From the NCBI RefSeq assembly GCF_002571385.2, contig NW_019218080.1:12291-74081 (forward strand): DNA of 61,791 bases. Reading direction: 5' to 3'. This stretch comes from Stylophora pistillata. Its lineage: Eukaryota. Positions 26,269-38,214 of this stretch are shown one piece after another. Under the pieces are notes generated by a model. The model searched no databases. It was not told the origin of the DNA and saw nothing but the letters and a program-made list of their open reading frames with translations. The stretch's first letter is position 1; each line of letters opens with the position of its first letter. The position numbers and the translations under genes are program-made.

Positions 26269-27859
26269 GTTCAGATGTCCTTTTTTGACCATGCTATATC
26301 TTCATGGAACAACTTAAGTGATGACACTAAAAATTGAACAAACATAACCAGCTTCAAACGCTCAGCCCGAGCGGAGCTGTGGGCCCGTTTAATGATAAAT
26401 CAATATGAGTTTAATTCTTAGTAGTTTATAGTTTTATAATTTATTCTCTTGCCATTATGTCCATTCATTAGGATTTAATAATTTATATTCATTTGTTAGC
26501 CTAAACTAGTATTGAAAATCCCTTTTGGGAATTACTAATAAACGTATTGTATTGTAATGGTAAAAACAGCTTCAAAGTTGTCCATAGTTGACCGAAAACA
26601 CTTCTAAAGGAACGTGCCACAAATAATATTATCTTAGTACGGACTTCTTAGGAAAAAACTGAACTGTGTCGTATTGTGATTCGTCGATTAGTAATTGGAT
26701 TAAAATAAATGTTACCATGTTTATTTTTTTACTCCAACAAAAAAGCGAGATTTTCGATCCTCCTCATTAAGCGTTCTTGGTATAAAAAGGCATCTTACTC
26801 TTCACTGTTTCACAACCATTTCTAACGTACGACAAATTTGAGTTTGAGAGACCATTCTGTATATATGACATCGTTTGACCTGAAATGGCTTCAAATGTAA
26901 GACAGTTGTGCAAAGAAAGCAGTAGATGACCCCGCAAGGCCCCTTTTTTTCTTTTCGAGACGAAAAGAAGACGGGAATAGCGCCAACATGCCTCATCATT
27001 GAAAATAGTATAGATTTAAAAGAAGGAATGGCGGTGGCCATAAACTGGCGAGGAAGAAAGGTACCTGCTGAACTATTAGCCTTAAGTGGTAAGTAATGCC
27101 TTTCACATCTCGATTACATGGCAGAATTCACAGGAATATATTTGTGTAAGTCAGTTTCATTGCAAATACTCACTTAAGTAACTAGTCTGAGCTCTAACTA
27201 ATTGCCATACTTACGATTTATTTTTGTAGGCGACGAATAAGTCTTGAATCAGGAAGACTTGGAGTGGTGGGAAATAAACCTGTCGCCGTTACCAAGTTTG
27301 GGCTGCAACCAACACCCGGAGTCAGACCCCAAGAAAATTGCCCAACAACCATGCCAAAAGAGTGAGGTAAAGCAGCCCAACAAGTCAACCAAGGTAATTC
27401 TGATTACTACATGGTGCTCTTCAGTAACGCGTTTTATACAAATGTTGATAACGCCGGTCACTTTAAAATTCAAAGTGGTATTTTTACCTTCTTGTGAAGT
27501 GTAAGTAATTGAAATTAATTATGTAATGCACAAGCTGCCTTTATGATTCTAATATAGTTTTATGTCAGTGGGCATTTACCATCTACAGCAATTGTTTTAT
27601 ATAAGTTATAAATATTTTTTAACGCGACTTTTGTTGATAAGGCATGGGTTGCAATTGGGCAAAGTTTTCAACTTTGCCGGAAAAAAAACCACAGAAAATT
27701 TGAAACCGCAACCGGGAAGCAAACTTTTAATTTCAACTACCAGGGTCGCACTAGGTGTTAAAATATGTCAGTGATGACACTGATAAACCAGACACACGTT
27801 TATCCACGTGTTATGGGGAGAGAGCAGTGAGCTGAAAAAGGAAAACAAAAGTTAAAAAA

Positions 27860-29088
27860 ATGCGTCCCGTTGAAGCTTTGTTAATAACGATCACGATGAT
27901 ACTTATTCTTTTTATTCACTTAATTCAGGAGCACTTTTTTGCCTTTTGTATGATGTATGAAAGATGGAACGCCTGTTTAACTGTTTTGACTGCCACTATG
28001 ATTAGAGCGAAAAATCGATGTCAGCGAAGATTGCTTTGAGCGCCATATGCCTGGTCAGTTCCGAGACCAGTCGATTCCTGGTTTGACCTACACTACTACG
28101 ATCCAACTATACCTCAAGAATTTTTCCGTCAGCAGCTTCGTGTGACAAGAAATACTTTTGACCAGATTTTGAACAAGTTCAACCACTGTTTGGTACGACA
28201 GCAATAGCGTTTCAGGGACCCATTACCACCGGAGAAAATACTTGCATTAGGACTTTATCGCCTGGGTCATGGAAACTCCTATGTAAGCATTGGACCATTG
28301 TTTAATGTTGGTAAAGCGACCGTTGTTGAAGTGGTGCAAGACGTGGTGGAAGCACTTTACGAAATGCATAATGAACACATTAAATTTCCAGAAAGTGAAG
28401 CAGAAACGAGGTTGGCCATAGAAACATTTCAAGATCTCTCAAATCTACCGAACATAGTTGGTGCGATTGATGGCTCTCACGTAAGAATTAAGGCACCCAA
28501 GGACAGTGCGGTTGACTATTTCAGTAGATATCAGCAGCATGACTTTATTATTCAAGCAGTCGTAAATGGCCAAAAACTTTTCTTGGATTTTGCTTGTGGT
28601 TATCCAGGAAGCATGCATGATGCTCGAGTTTTATGCCATAGCGCAATTTTTAGGAGAGCGGAGAGAGGTGATATCCTGATTGCACCTACTGTCGACATAA
28701 ATGGGAACGAAATACGTCTGTACCTTGTTGGCGACAGTGCATATCCCCTCAGCCCATGGTTAATGAAACCGTATGCAGAAGGTACTAGAGATCGTGATGA
28801 AATCAAATTCAACAAGAACTTTCATCTGCTACAGTAAAAGTAGAATGCGCATTTGGTTTGATTAAAAGTCGATGGAAAATTTTACGGAAAAGATTTGACA
28901 CTACTGTAGACTTTGCTGTAAAAAATGCTATAGCTTGTGCAGTTCTTCGTAACCTTTGCATATGACTGGGTGACAACTGGGAAGAAGAAGATTGCGATGA
29001 TGACAACCCCTGCCCTCCTATCGCAGGGCCAAATATTATTCGTGATGCAGAAAACATTTGAGAAATCCTAATAGATTACATCCAATAA
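27860..29088 (+). pseudogene. Harbinger DDE transposase (HARBI1-like)
   Basis: GAIDGSH, PGSMHDARVL, LVGDSAYPL, VECAFGLIKSRW; stops and a frameshift. Confidence 0.92.
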
Positions 29089-29600
29089 TTTTTTTATTCA
29101 ATTAAGAACACTTTAACATTATTTTTTGTCATCTGTTGTTACGGTTTATTTGCATGATTTTCTTGATTTTTCACTCGCAGCATAAGCGGCAACACCACAA
29201 TCTAACAATACAATTTTCCCATGAAATTTTCAATGGTTTTCAGTAAAAGTGTATTGAACAAAATTTTTACCATTTCGCAAAAAAACCACAATTTTAGTCT
29301 CCTTCAAACTGCAGTCCTACAGATGCGATCGGAAGCATGCTGTGGAAACAGAAACTAAATAAACACAAAATGTTGAACAAAAATGTTCAATGAAATGTGC
29401 AATAGAACGTTCAATAAAAGCTCATCATATGTTCAGATCTGTATTACTGTTTCTCTAAAAACTTACTTAGAGCACCCACCAAGGCATTCATGGTCGTCAG
29501 TTGTTGTTCTTGCATTCTGGAAAAATTGGTTGCAAAAGAATTCATGTCAGAAAGTTGAGTTTCAAGTCCCGTCAAGGCAGATTTAAACATTTTCCTGTCC

Positions 29601-30293
29601 TCATTGTCCTTTTCTTCCTCTCTTCTTTGTTTTCTTCCTTGCTGATCTTGCTTCCTTCTTGCTAGTTGTTATAGCGTCATCGTCGCATTCAACGCTTGCA
29701 TTGGTACTCATTTTGTTTTTATCTCTTTCTTCCGACGCACTCCCCGCTTCTTGGACATTTTGAAGGGTAACGATGTCACGGTAACCCAGAACTTTGTCAA
29801 TTTCATTGTAATGAGCTGATTTCCTTCGATTTCCTCCATACTGCTCACTATTCCAGTCTTTGGCCTGCTTGTATCGATCGACAAGGTACTTCATTTTCTT
29901 CTGGTACTTGTCTGTTGTTCTCTTGATACCGAATTTATCGTTTATTTTCTTGGCAATAACGTCCCACGCTTTTCGAGCTTCCTTGCTCTCAAAGCGGTCA
30001 AAATTTTCGGCCCATAACCTCAGCAACATGTTTTCCTCATCGTTTGACCAGCGAGCGTACACTCGTCTTTCCTCAGCAGAAGAAGACGGAGAAATTGGTC
30101 CACTGAGTTTGACAAGCTCCGGAGACGATGATGAAGAGGAAGTCTGCGAAGGGCTCTCAATATTTTCAATAGCTGCCTCTTCAGGACCACAACGTTGGCC
30201 TTGAGGGTACACATATTGTGAATACTCTGCGTTGCCACCAAAATAAAAGGGGAACTGTGATGAATTGTAATAATAAAATCCACGTCCGTCCAT
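29601..30293 (-). CDS. Harbinger Myb/SANT-like DNA-binding protein
   Basis: RWSNDEENMLLRLW...WDVIAKKI...RTTDKYQKKMKYL..YK...YNEIDKVLG. Confidence 0.85.
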   Translation of the reverse strand: MDGRGFYYYNSSQFPFYFGGNAEYSQYVYPQGQRCGPEEAAIENIESPSQTSSSSSSPELVKLSGPISPSSSAEERRVYARWSNDEENMLLRLWAENFDRFESKEARKAWDVIAKKINDKFGIKRTTDKYQKKMKYLVDRYKQAKDWNSEQYGGNRRKSAHYNEIDKVLGYRDIVTLQNVQEAGSASEERDKNKMSTNASVECDDDAITTSKKEARSARKKTKKRGRKGQ

Positions 30294-32839
30294 GGTAAAG
30301 AAAGAGCGCGAACTGAAGCAGATCTCGCGTGCTGTAGATTATCTGTTTGCTGTTAACTGACAAGCAATGACAGTTACCGCTGTGATAGCTATTCTTTAGC
30401 CAGAGTTTTCCAAAATCTGCCTGCCCCACCCAAGCACTACGGCGTCTTTGACGTTTTGGCCGGTTTTCAAAGTTTTTGCGAACCAGAAAAGTTAGGGTAG
30501 CATTAGGCAATGTGCCCCGATGACAGATTTTTACACCAAAGTGACCACATTTGCACCAAACTTTGCCAAGTGCGACCCATGCCAAACCCGAACATCAGAA
30601 AGTCTAAGATCACGTTTTCTTGCGTGAGACAAAATGAACTAGCGTGTTTCAACATTGTATTATCACATTAAAGTTGTTAGATGTTATACTACCATAACAG
30701 ACTTTGGTTTTGATAAATGTTGTATTGATCTTTTAGGTGAAGGCTGGGCAGAAAAAACTTTCTGCAACCCCTGGTAACCCATACCAAGCATTTTTGGCAG
30801 AACAGAGAGGCACAGTGGTGTGTGCAAGCTAAAGCAAAGAAAGCAAGAAATGAGGAAAATGAGGAAAAGGAGGCCAATAGTTTCAGTGCTGGTGCAACTG
30901 CAGAAGATGCTACTTCCATAAAGCTGCTGGTACAATAGAGTATCTGTAAGGTAAGCATAACAACAATGCGTTACTTGTTGAGAAAATGTCGCTTGGAAAG
31001 TCCTTTTAAGTTTTTTTTTCTCTGAATTTGGCACCCTTGATTACGTTATGGGCACCCAGTGTCAACCGTGAGTTTCTGAAGCAAGCCTTACCTTTCGATG
31101 ACCTCTAAATTACTTTTTTTACTGGGTAATTTATATATAAGCATCTTCAGAGTGCTTTGGCAGACTATGGAATCATATTTCGACTTTTTAAAGTTAGATA
31201 CGGTCAGTTTGACAGTGTTAATGTGTTGTATTTTGACCCAGTGAAAAGTGTACGTCTGTCTTAAATCATTCTTTCTGACCCGCTTAATACGGAAACCTCT
31301 TTTTTACAGACACTTTCTTTGGTTTTGCCCGATGTTTGATTGTTCACTTTGTTTCATTAACGTACTGTTCATTTGTTTGTTTTACTTAAAGAGATGATGG
31401 AGAAATTCAAGGACACCCTGTCTGGAGTGGAGAGAAACATTACACTCCGATTGGGTAGAATTGAACAAAGATTGGATTCTTTAGAGCAAAACGTTATGGT
31501 AAGTTTTAACGTCTTTTTAGTTTATGGCTTTAAAGACAGATGGAACTACTAGTTTGACAAACTTTGTTGGAGAAGACTAAACTGTTCGAATGCCTCTTTA
31601 CTCTCTAATAAAAGCAGTTTGAGAATTATAAAACACAGGTTATAATCAAAGAAGACCATCAAAAGCTAGCGGTTTCAATTTATTTTCTACACACTCAACC
31701 TCATCAAACCAAAATGGCCTTTTTTAAATATTTTGAATTCCCTTGTTACAGAATGACACGCAACTTTTAACTTCTTAATAGATACAACAACCAGAAACTG
31801 AGCTGCCATTATCAGGCAGCAGTATCCTTCAGCATGATGATCTTGAAACTATAGATTCTGTTGCCTTGGCCAGTCTAAACGAAGATATGGACATCTTTGC
31901 ACTACCTTCAGAAACACCAACGGTTCTAACCCCACCTACAGCTTCAACGTCCTGAACCCCTGCAACCCAAAGCTTTCACGGATTAACAGAAACTTAAGTT
32001 GGCGATGAGATCATTGGTAGCTGCGTGACCCCAAGAAAGCTAATAGTTGTGATGAACATTCTGCAGAGTGAATCGGAATGGCACAAATGCATGCTTATGC
32101 TTCTGCCATAGGTCTTTACTATAGATGAGAAGAGCACCAGCAATACAGATGGAACACACCAGAAACTGCCCCTAGACACTACGAAACTAAACTCATTAAA
32201 AGTGTTAGTTTTTACTAGATTTCCAGTCAAGTCCTCTGCGGAGAAAGACAAGCAAATGATATTATTTCAAAGGAGAATGATATTATTATAAGTGATAATT
32301 AAGAAAGAATATGCTGATTTATTTAATAATCATTTTGTTTAAATTGCCGATTGTGCTACCCAAGTAAGTGAAGTAGAGCCTGGACAGGATTATGCAAATC
32401 ATCCGAGCATTCTTGCCATTCATAAACACAACCCACAAGGTTATTTTAAATTTCAACTCACAAACCAGGTTCTGGTAGAAAAATTGCTTATTGATATAAA
32501 TGTTCAAAAATCCTGTGGCCACGACATGATTTCTCTGAGATTACTTAAAGAGTCGGCAGCCGTGATTGCTAAACCAATAGGTAATATAATTAACTCCTCG
32601 ATCAGTCAATGTAGGTGTCCATCCTCGTGGAAAATGGGATAAATTACTCCATTATATAAAAAAGATGATGAAATGAGCAAGGCAAACTACAGGCCAGTCA
32701 CAGTTTTGCCAGCAATCAAAAATACTTATAAGAAGATTTTAGTCCTACAGCTGAATGACTTATAGTTCTATTTTGTATGATTATATAAGTTTGTGTAGAC
32801 AGTTCCACAGCTGTGAGACATCGTTATTGAGGATGACAG

Positions 32840-32849
32840 AATAATAATA

Positions 32850-32897
<48 letters not shown>

Positions 32898-33018
32898 CCT
32901 TTATTTGAAGCTAAACAGCTTGTGGGGTCATGAAATCTAACTCTAAGTTACATAAATTCAAATGATGATGGTTATGAGGAGAGGGGAAAACTGGAGTACC
33001 TGGAGAAAAACCTCTCGG

Positions 33019-33050
<32 letters not shown>

Positions 33051-33133
33051 TTAAGACGCCAGGTCCAGGAATTGAACCCGGGACACATTAGTGGAAGGCG
33101 AGCACTCTCACCACTCCACCAACCCTGCTCCCT
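32840..33133 (-). mobile_element. tRNA-derived SINE with (ATT)n tail
   Basis: On the minus strand: GGAGCAGGGTTGGTGGAGTGGTGAGAG (A-box), GGGTTCAATTCC (B-box), GGTACTCCAGTTTTCCCCTCTCCTC core, then (AAT)n at 32839-32895. Confidence 0.8.
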
Positions 33134-33870
33134 GAATGGAGGTCAATGCACGATGATGGGCAACTCGTAGGGATAGTGTCAATGGACTTGTCAAAGGCCT
33201 TTGATGTTATACAACACCGCCTCTTATTAGCCAGGCTCAAAGCCTACAGACTAGACGAGGACAGCTGTGCCTTGTTAAGAGATTATCTGTCAAATCGAGA
33301 ACAGAGAGTGAAGATTGGTGACACGTTCTTGTCATGGAACAGTGTTAAGCGTGGGGTGCCTCAGGGTAGTGTCTTACGCTCAATTCTTTTTAATACATTT
33401 GTCAACGATCTCTTTTATCAAATAAAGAGAGCTAAGCTAAGTGCATATGCTGATGACCATCAAATTTATTACTCAGACAAAGATCCACTTGCACTTGAAG
33501 AATGCTTGAAAAAGGAAGTTGAAAAGGCAAATCAATGGTACAGTGACAATGGAATTGTCAACGAAACTAACCATTAGGCCTTGATCCTTAGTGATACAGA
33601 GCATACATTCTCCTTTCCAGTGAGAGTCAATTGGTATATTTGGTATGAACATTGACAACCAACTACAGTTTGATAAACACGTATCTTCGATATGCAAAAA
33701 GATCAATAATCAGTTAAATGTCATGATAAGATTTAGAAAACTGATCTCTGAAGCCACTTTGGTCAAATTGTATAGACCTTATTCCAAAATGGCCACCAAC
33801 TGATATAAGCTGGGGTGAGTGGCACCAAAACGAGGTCATAAGGGCCAAGTTTGCTTGTCCTGTAAACAAA

Positions 33871-35476
33871 ATGCCGCAAAACTGCTGTGTTTCAAGTTAC
33901 ACGAAAAAGGTTTATCGGGAGGAAGACTTAAAGATATCTTTCCACAAATTTCCGAAAAATAAAGACCTATTAGCTGCATGGATTTGAGCTGTTTGAAGAG
34001 ATGTGGGTCCCCACTTTAGGATATCTTCGCACTTGAGAGTTTGCTCGAGACACTTCAAGGACTCAGATTTTCAGAGCACACTTGCTGGCAGAAGAACACT
34101 TCATCCTACTGCTGTTCCTTCCATTTTTTCGTGGAAGAAAGATTCTCCTGAGAGGTGAAAACCACCAAGAGCCCGGTATGTAGTCTCTAAAGCAGGGCCT
34201 CAAGTTGCCAACGAAGAACTCGAGGTAAATAGTACAATCTTAAATGTTGACAAGGTTGCTAACGAAAAGCTCGAAGTAAATACATGAAATACTAGCTTAA
34301 ACGTTGACGAGGTATACGAAGTCCTTGAGGTTGATTGTAAACCTTCGTAAGAAGAAAGCGTGTCTGAACTGAACAGACAGGTTGTGGAGTTGATAAATAA
34401 ACTTGACGACCAAAGGAGAAAACAAATGCCCTGGAAATAGAACTGAATGAAGTAAAACAACAACTTGTCAACTTGACATCCCTGTATAATGAGTTGGAGA
34501 AGAAATCCTTTTCCTTAGATCAGTTTAGAAATTGTAAGTCTTTGGGGTTCTACACTGTCATCGCTAGTGACGAAATATTTGATGCGTTGTACAACGTCTG
34601 TGACCCTGGTGAGAATGGTGAAAATATTCCTTATTGGCACTCATCATGCACAGGCCAGGATACAAATGTTCTTAGTGAAAATGATGAATACATGGAAACA
34701 TTTCCAAAGCCTGGAAGACCAAGGTCACTGCATCCAAAGGGAACTTTTTATTACTTTTTGTATATTAAGACAAGGTTTTGCAGAGGAACATCTTGCTCAT
34801 CTCTATGGAATATCTCAAGCTACAATAAGCAGGATAATAATAACCTAGCTGGGTCAACCTTTTATATTTAAGGCTAAAGGATGTACCCATGTGGCCCTCT
34901 AGAGAAAAGGTAAACAAACACATGCCAGAGCAGTTTAAAGAGGAGTATCCCTCTACTAGCATAATAATAGACTGCACCGAGGTTAAATGCCAAATGCCTT
35001 TCAGGCTTCGTGTAAATAGTGAACCTTTTAGTACCTATAAAAATAACACCACTCTGAAAGCCCTTGTTGGAATAACCACGGGTGGGGCACTCTCATTTGT
35101 GAGCCAGCTTTACACTGGACACATCTCAGACGGGGAAATTGTTCTACGCAGTAGTATTTTAGATCAAAAATTTGAGAATGGAGATTTAGTAATGGCAGAC
35201 AAGGGATTTACAGTGCAGGACCTGCTCCCTCCAGGCGTTGGGCTGAACATTCCTCCATTCTTAGGATCTCAGGGACAGATGAGCCCAGAAGATGTTGTCA
35301 AAATGCAATCAACTGCCTCTCTGAGGGTCCATGTTGAAAGAGCTATCAGTAAAATAAAAAACTTTCGCATCTGGGATGGAATTGTCCCACTGAACTTATA
35401 TGGTGTGGTTAACCAAATGTGGAGAGTATGTGCTGTACTATGTAATTTACAAAAGCCAGCTATCATCAGTGTGTGA
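33871..35476 (+). pseudogene. ISL2EU transposase (THAP + HTH + DDE_Tnp_4-like)
   Basis: MPQNCCVS..CSRHF..AVPSIF; LAHLYGISQATISRII; IIDCTE, YKNNTTLK, GHISD, MADKGF, RVHVERAI. Confidence 0.9.
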
Positions 35477-35879
35477 GAAGTAGGCCAGTGCAAATTCCAT
35501 CGGCAGATCTAGAAGCTAAAGGGGAAACCTTGTAAGGTTATTATGAAATTTAAACTGCTGGAGAATAAAATTATGAACATCACCTGGTATATTAAAGGCA
35601 GCCATATTCACTCACATGTATAAGTTTTACAGTACAACATTATTACACATTTTCGTACTTTTTATTCCTTTTTTAAAATGACACACCAGAATGGGGCAGA
35701 GTTGTTAGGTAGTTCACAAAATATGCATGATTGACTCACACATTAATTTATTACGTAAGTTGAAATTTAGGCTGAACAAGTAGTCAGAGTTCAAAATTAG
35801 ATCCAGAGTTCAACCTGTGTGATGTAGTTCAGTTCTAGATCCTGGAGTTTGTTGTTGCCCACCATATTTCCTTTTTGCT

Positions 35880-36785
35880 GCAGCTGGCAAAAATAGGTGT
35901 GTACCAGTATCGCTCTGTGTTTCTTCCAGAGCTCTTCATCAAAGTGAATCCTTTCAATGCTAAGCCCCCTGCTCATGTACACAACAAAGTCGCACCATTT
36001 AGCACCAGTGAGGGCCATTTGGCCCTGGACTCGATCATAGTAAACATGGTCCTTTTGGGTATCCCATCTTTAATTTCTAAATAAAAGTTAGGGTCACTAC
36101 AGGCTTCTGCTGGAGAAAGAATTAATTTTGAACTTGGACATTTTACTTCCACAAGACCATACTGATCTTCAGGACATGAAATATCAACAACTTTCCCATC
36201 AGGGGTGCATCCAAGGAAAAACAGTTTTGGTGATACAAAGATTCCAGATCTTTCCACTTTTACTCAGTGTCCAATTCCATACATGTGTTTTTTGTACTCT
36301 CGCAATGCAACAGCCTCATATTTAATACCATGATCAGTACTTGCTGACCTGAATGGTTTAGCATCCACCATGTCATTACAAAACTTCTCACGGTTTCTTT
36401 TTCTTCTCGACACCTTTCCAAAATTTGAGGCTGTAAATCTAGACCTGCGTTCTTCAGTCCAAGCATTACACTTATGCTGATCCCTGGTATTTTCTTCTAT
36501 CTTATTTGCATCATGCATAGTAACCTTATGTTCATCTAGTAGTTTATTCCGTTGTATATCCAGATCATCAGGCAGATCTAACACAAAGTCATCATTCAGG
36601 TCATCTAGTCGCAGTGAAGGATAAGAAGGTTGGGAATTTGATGCTCTTGAAGCTTGTTGACTTGGAGCTAAGTTACATGTAACTTAAAAGTTAGACCCCT
36701 GAAATGCAAGTTGGTAAGATCCAAATGACCCTGTAGGACTTTCACCGAACTTTGTGTCAACAGGGTCACTAGTGTTGACACAAGG
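35880..36785 (-). pseudogene. YqaJ-like (lambda exonuclease family) protein of ISL2EU
   Basis: TRDQ...W.EERRSRFTASNFG, HGIKYE, LGCTPDG, LVEVKCP, MALTGAKWCDFVV. Confidence 0.88.
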
Positions 36786-36789
36786 AGAT

Positions 36790-37520
36790 CTCACGTTAAG
36801 GATTCCATTCCTTTCTCTCAGTTTCTAAGACTTCATCATTTATGTAGTGATGACTCTGATTTCCACCACAAATCAGAGTCAATGTGCCAGTTTTTCCATA
36901 AACATCGTTACCCTGATTCTGTCGTTCAAGCGGGTTACCACCGCGCCCAACTTATTGATCAACATTCAGCACTACAAACGTCACAAAAGGAAGATTCCAA
37001 CCGCATTCCATTCACTCTGACGTTTCACCCTCATAACCACTCAGTTAAATCCATCATTCTTAAAAACTTTAAATTACTTCAAAACGATCCATAGACAAGC
37101 ACTGTCTTTTTGCAGCCTCCGCTCATTTCATTCAAACNNNNNNNNNNNNNNNNNNNNNNNNNNNNNNNNNNNNNNNNNNNNNNNNNNNNNNNNNNNNNNN
37201 NNNNNNNNNNNNNNNNNNNNNNNNNNNNNNNNNNNNNNNNNNNNNNNNNNNNNNNNNNNNNNNNNNNNNNNNNNNNNNNNNNNNNNNNNNNNNNNNNNNN
37301 NNNNNNNNNNNNNNNNNNNNNNNNNNNNNNNNNNNNNNNNNNNNNNNNNNNNNNNNNNNNNNNNNNNNNNNNNNNNNNNNNNNNNNNNNNNNNNNNNNNN
37401 NNNNNNNNNNNNNNNNNNNNNNNNNNNNNNNNNNNNNNNNNNNNNNNNNNNNNNNNNNNNNNNNNNNNNNNNNNNNNGCAGCCCCATACAGTTTCCTTAG
37501 AAACTATCAGCCTTTATGTT
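36790..37520 (+). mobile_element. Penelope-like element 3' fragment nested in ISL2EU (spans an N gap)
   Basis: SIPFSQFLRLHHLCSDDSDF...RYPDSVV...RIPFTLTFHP...PPLISFK; after the gap, pLTR tail gcagccccatacagtttccttagaaacta. Confidence 0.8.
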
Positions 37521-38214
37521 ACTAAATGATGCGTTTGATGATAACTTCTCAGTCAAAACTGTAAAATTTCTTAGGTTTGGCCCTTATGACCTCGTTTTCG
37601 TGCCACTTTCCCCAGCTTTTACTGGTTGGCGGCCATTTTGGAATAAGGTCTATAAGCCCTTCATCTTACCGCACTTTCAGTATTGTACGAAACACCGAGA
37701 AACTAGATGCTCTTAACAAAAGAAGTCTTCGGCTCATTCTAAATGATGTTGAATCTACGTATATTACTTTATTGGACAAAGTCAACTATGTTTCTTTATA
37801 TAACAGACGTATGCAAAATATGTTAATTTTACTGTGCAAAAGTTTATTTCTAACTATATCTACAAGAGGAATATGTTTACTTTTTGTAATACCACTTATA
37901 ATTTACGCATTTATATATACATTCTGAAACTCCCTGTTGCTAAGACTACTCTTATGGCTTCCGCTTCTTATCAGGGCATTAAACTATGGAATTCACTACC
38001 AGACCATGTTCGAACCTTGAACCTTAATTACTTTAAAAAAGCATCAGCTAGCCTTGAATTAATATAGTTTTAGAACATATTGTAATTGATTTCATATCGT
38101 TTTTTTTAATATTCAGTAAATCTATCATTTCATTTTAGCCGTTAATTATAAATATTGCACAGGATTGTACTTTATAATGTGATTGTATATTATGTCAATT
38201 TCTTGTTATTTTTT

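Larger units (their letters stand above)
11765..26558 (+). mobile_element. L2-group LINE (EN+RT) split by nested insertions; host pieces 11765-12123, 16485-16793, 23552-25565, 26270-26558
   Basis: EN: SETW, RLDR..KGGAICAYV, GDLNCD, ISDHFLV. RT: DLSKAFDSI, GVPQGSILGP, *VDD. The reading frame rejoins across insertions (SYTHA|LSLNKP; TCSY|KNYNAE). (TATTG)n tail. Confidence 0.85.
27641..30583. mobile_element. Complete PIF/Harbinger transposon in an intron of the BEN gene
   Basis: TIRs ggcatgggttgcaattgggcaaagttt / aaactttgccaagtgcgacccatgcc; flanks TAA/AAA; two convergent ORFs. Confidence 0.85.
26884..32252 (+). pseudogene. Spliced BEN-domain gene (probably a transposon accessory gene), decayed and 3'-truncated
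   Basis: Exons ~26884-27088, 27230-27393, 30737-30950, 31392-31498 (coiled coil LGRIEQRLDSLEQ) and 31782-32252 with GT/AG; last exon LL.*VFTIDEESTSNTDG..KLPLDTTKLNSLKVLVFTRFP is BEN-like; stops present. Confidence 0.6.
33774..37651. mobile_element. ISL2EU-type DNA transposon with both TIRs
   Basis: ~75-bp TIRs beginning agaccttattccaaaatggcc; AT duplication; THAP-HTH-DDE on +, YqaJ on -. Confidence 0.9.
32255..38195 (+). mobile_element. Second L2/CR1-group LINE RT, split by a SINE and an ISL2EU; pieces 32255-32839, 33133-33773, 37652-38195
   Basis: NYRPVTVL, MDLSKAFD, GVPQGSVL, YADDHQ; frame rejoins LVKLY|KPFILPHFQYC across the ISL2EU. Confidence 0.85.

Noticed and set aside
27743-30578. 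Alternative Harbinger TIR pair gggtcgcact/agtgcgaccc
   Set aside because: The longer match at 27641/30583 with a TAA-like flank is better; this is a subterminal repeat.
33030-33133. tRNA gene
   Set aside because: A/B boxes are embedded in a SINE with core and (ATT)n tail; no convincing cloverleaf.
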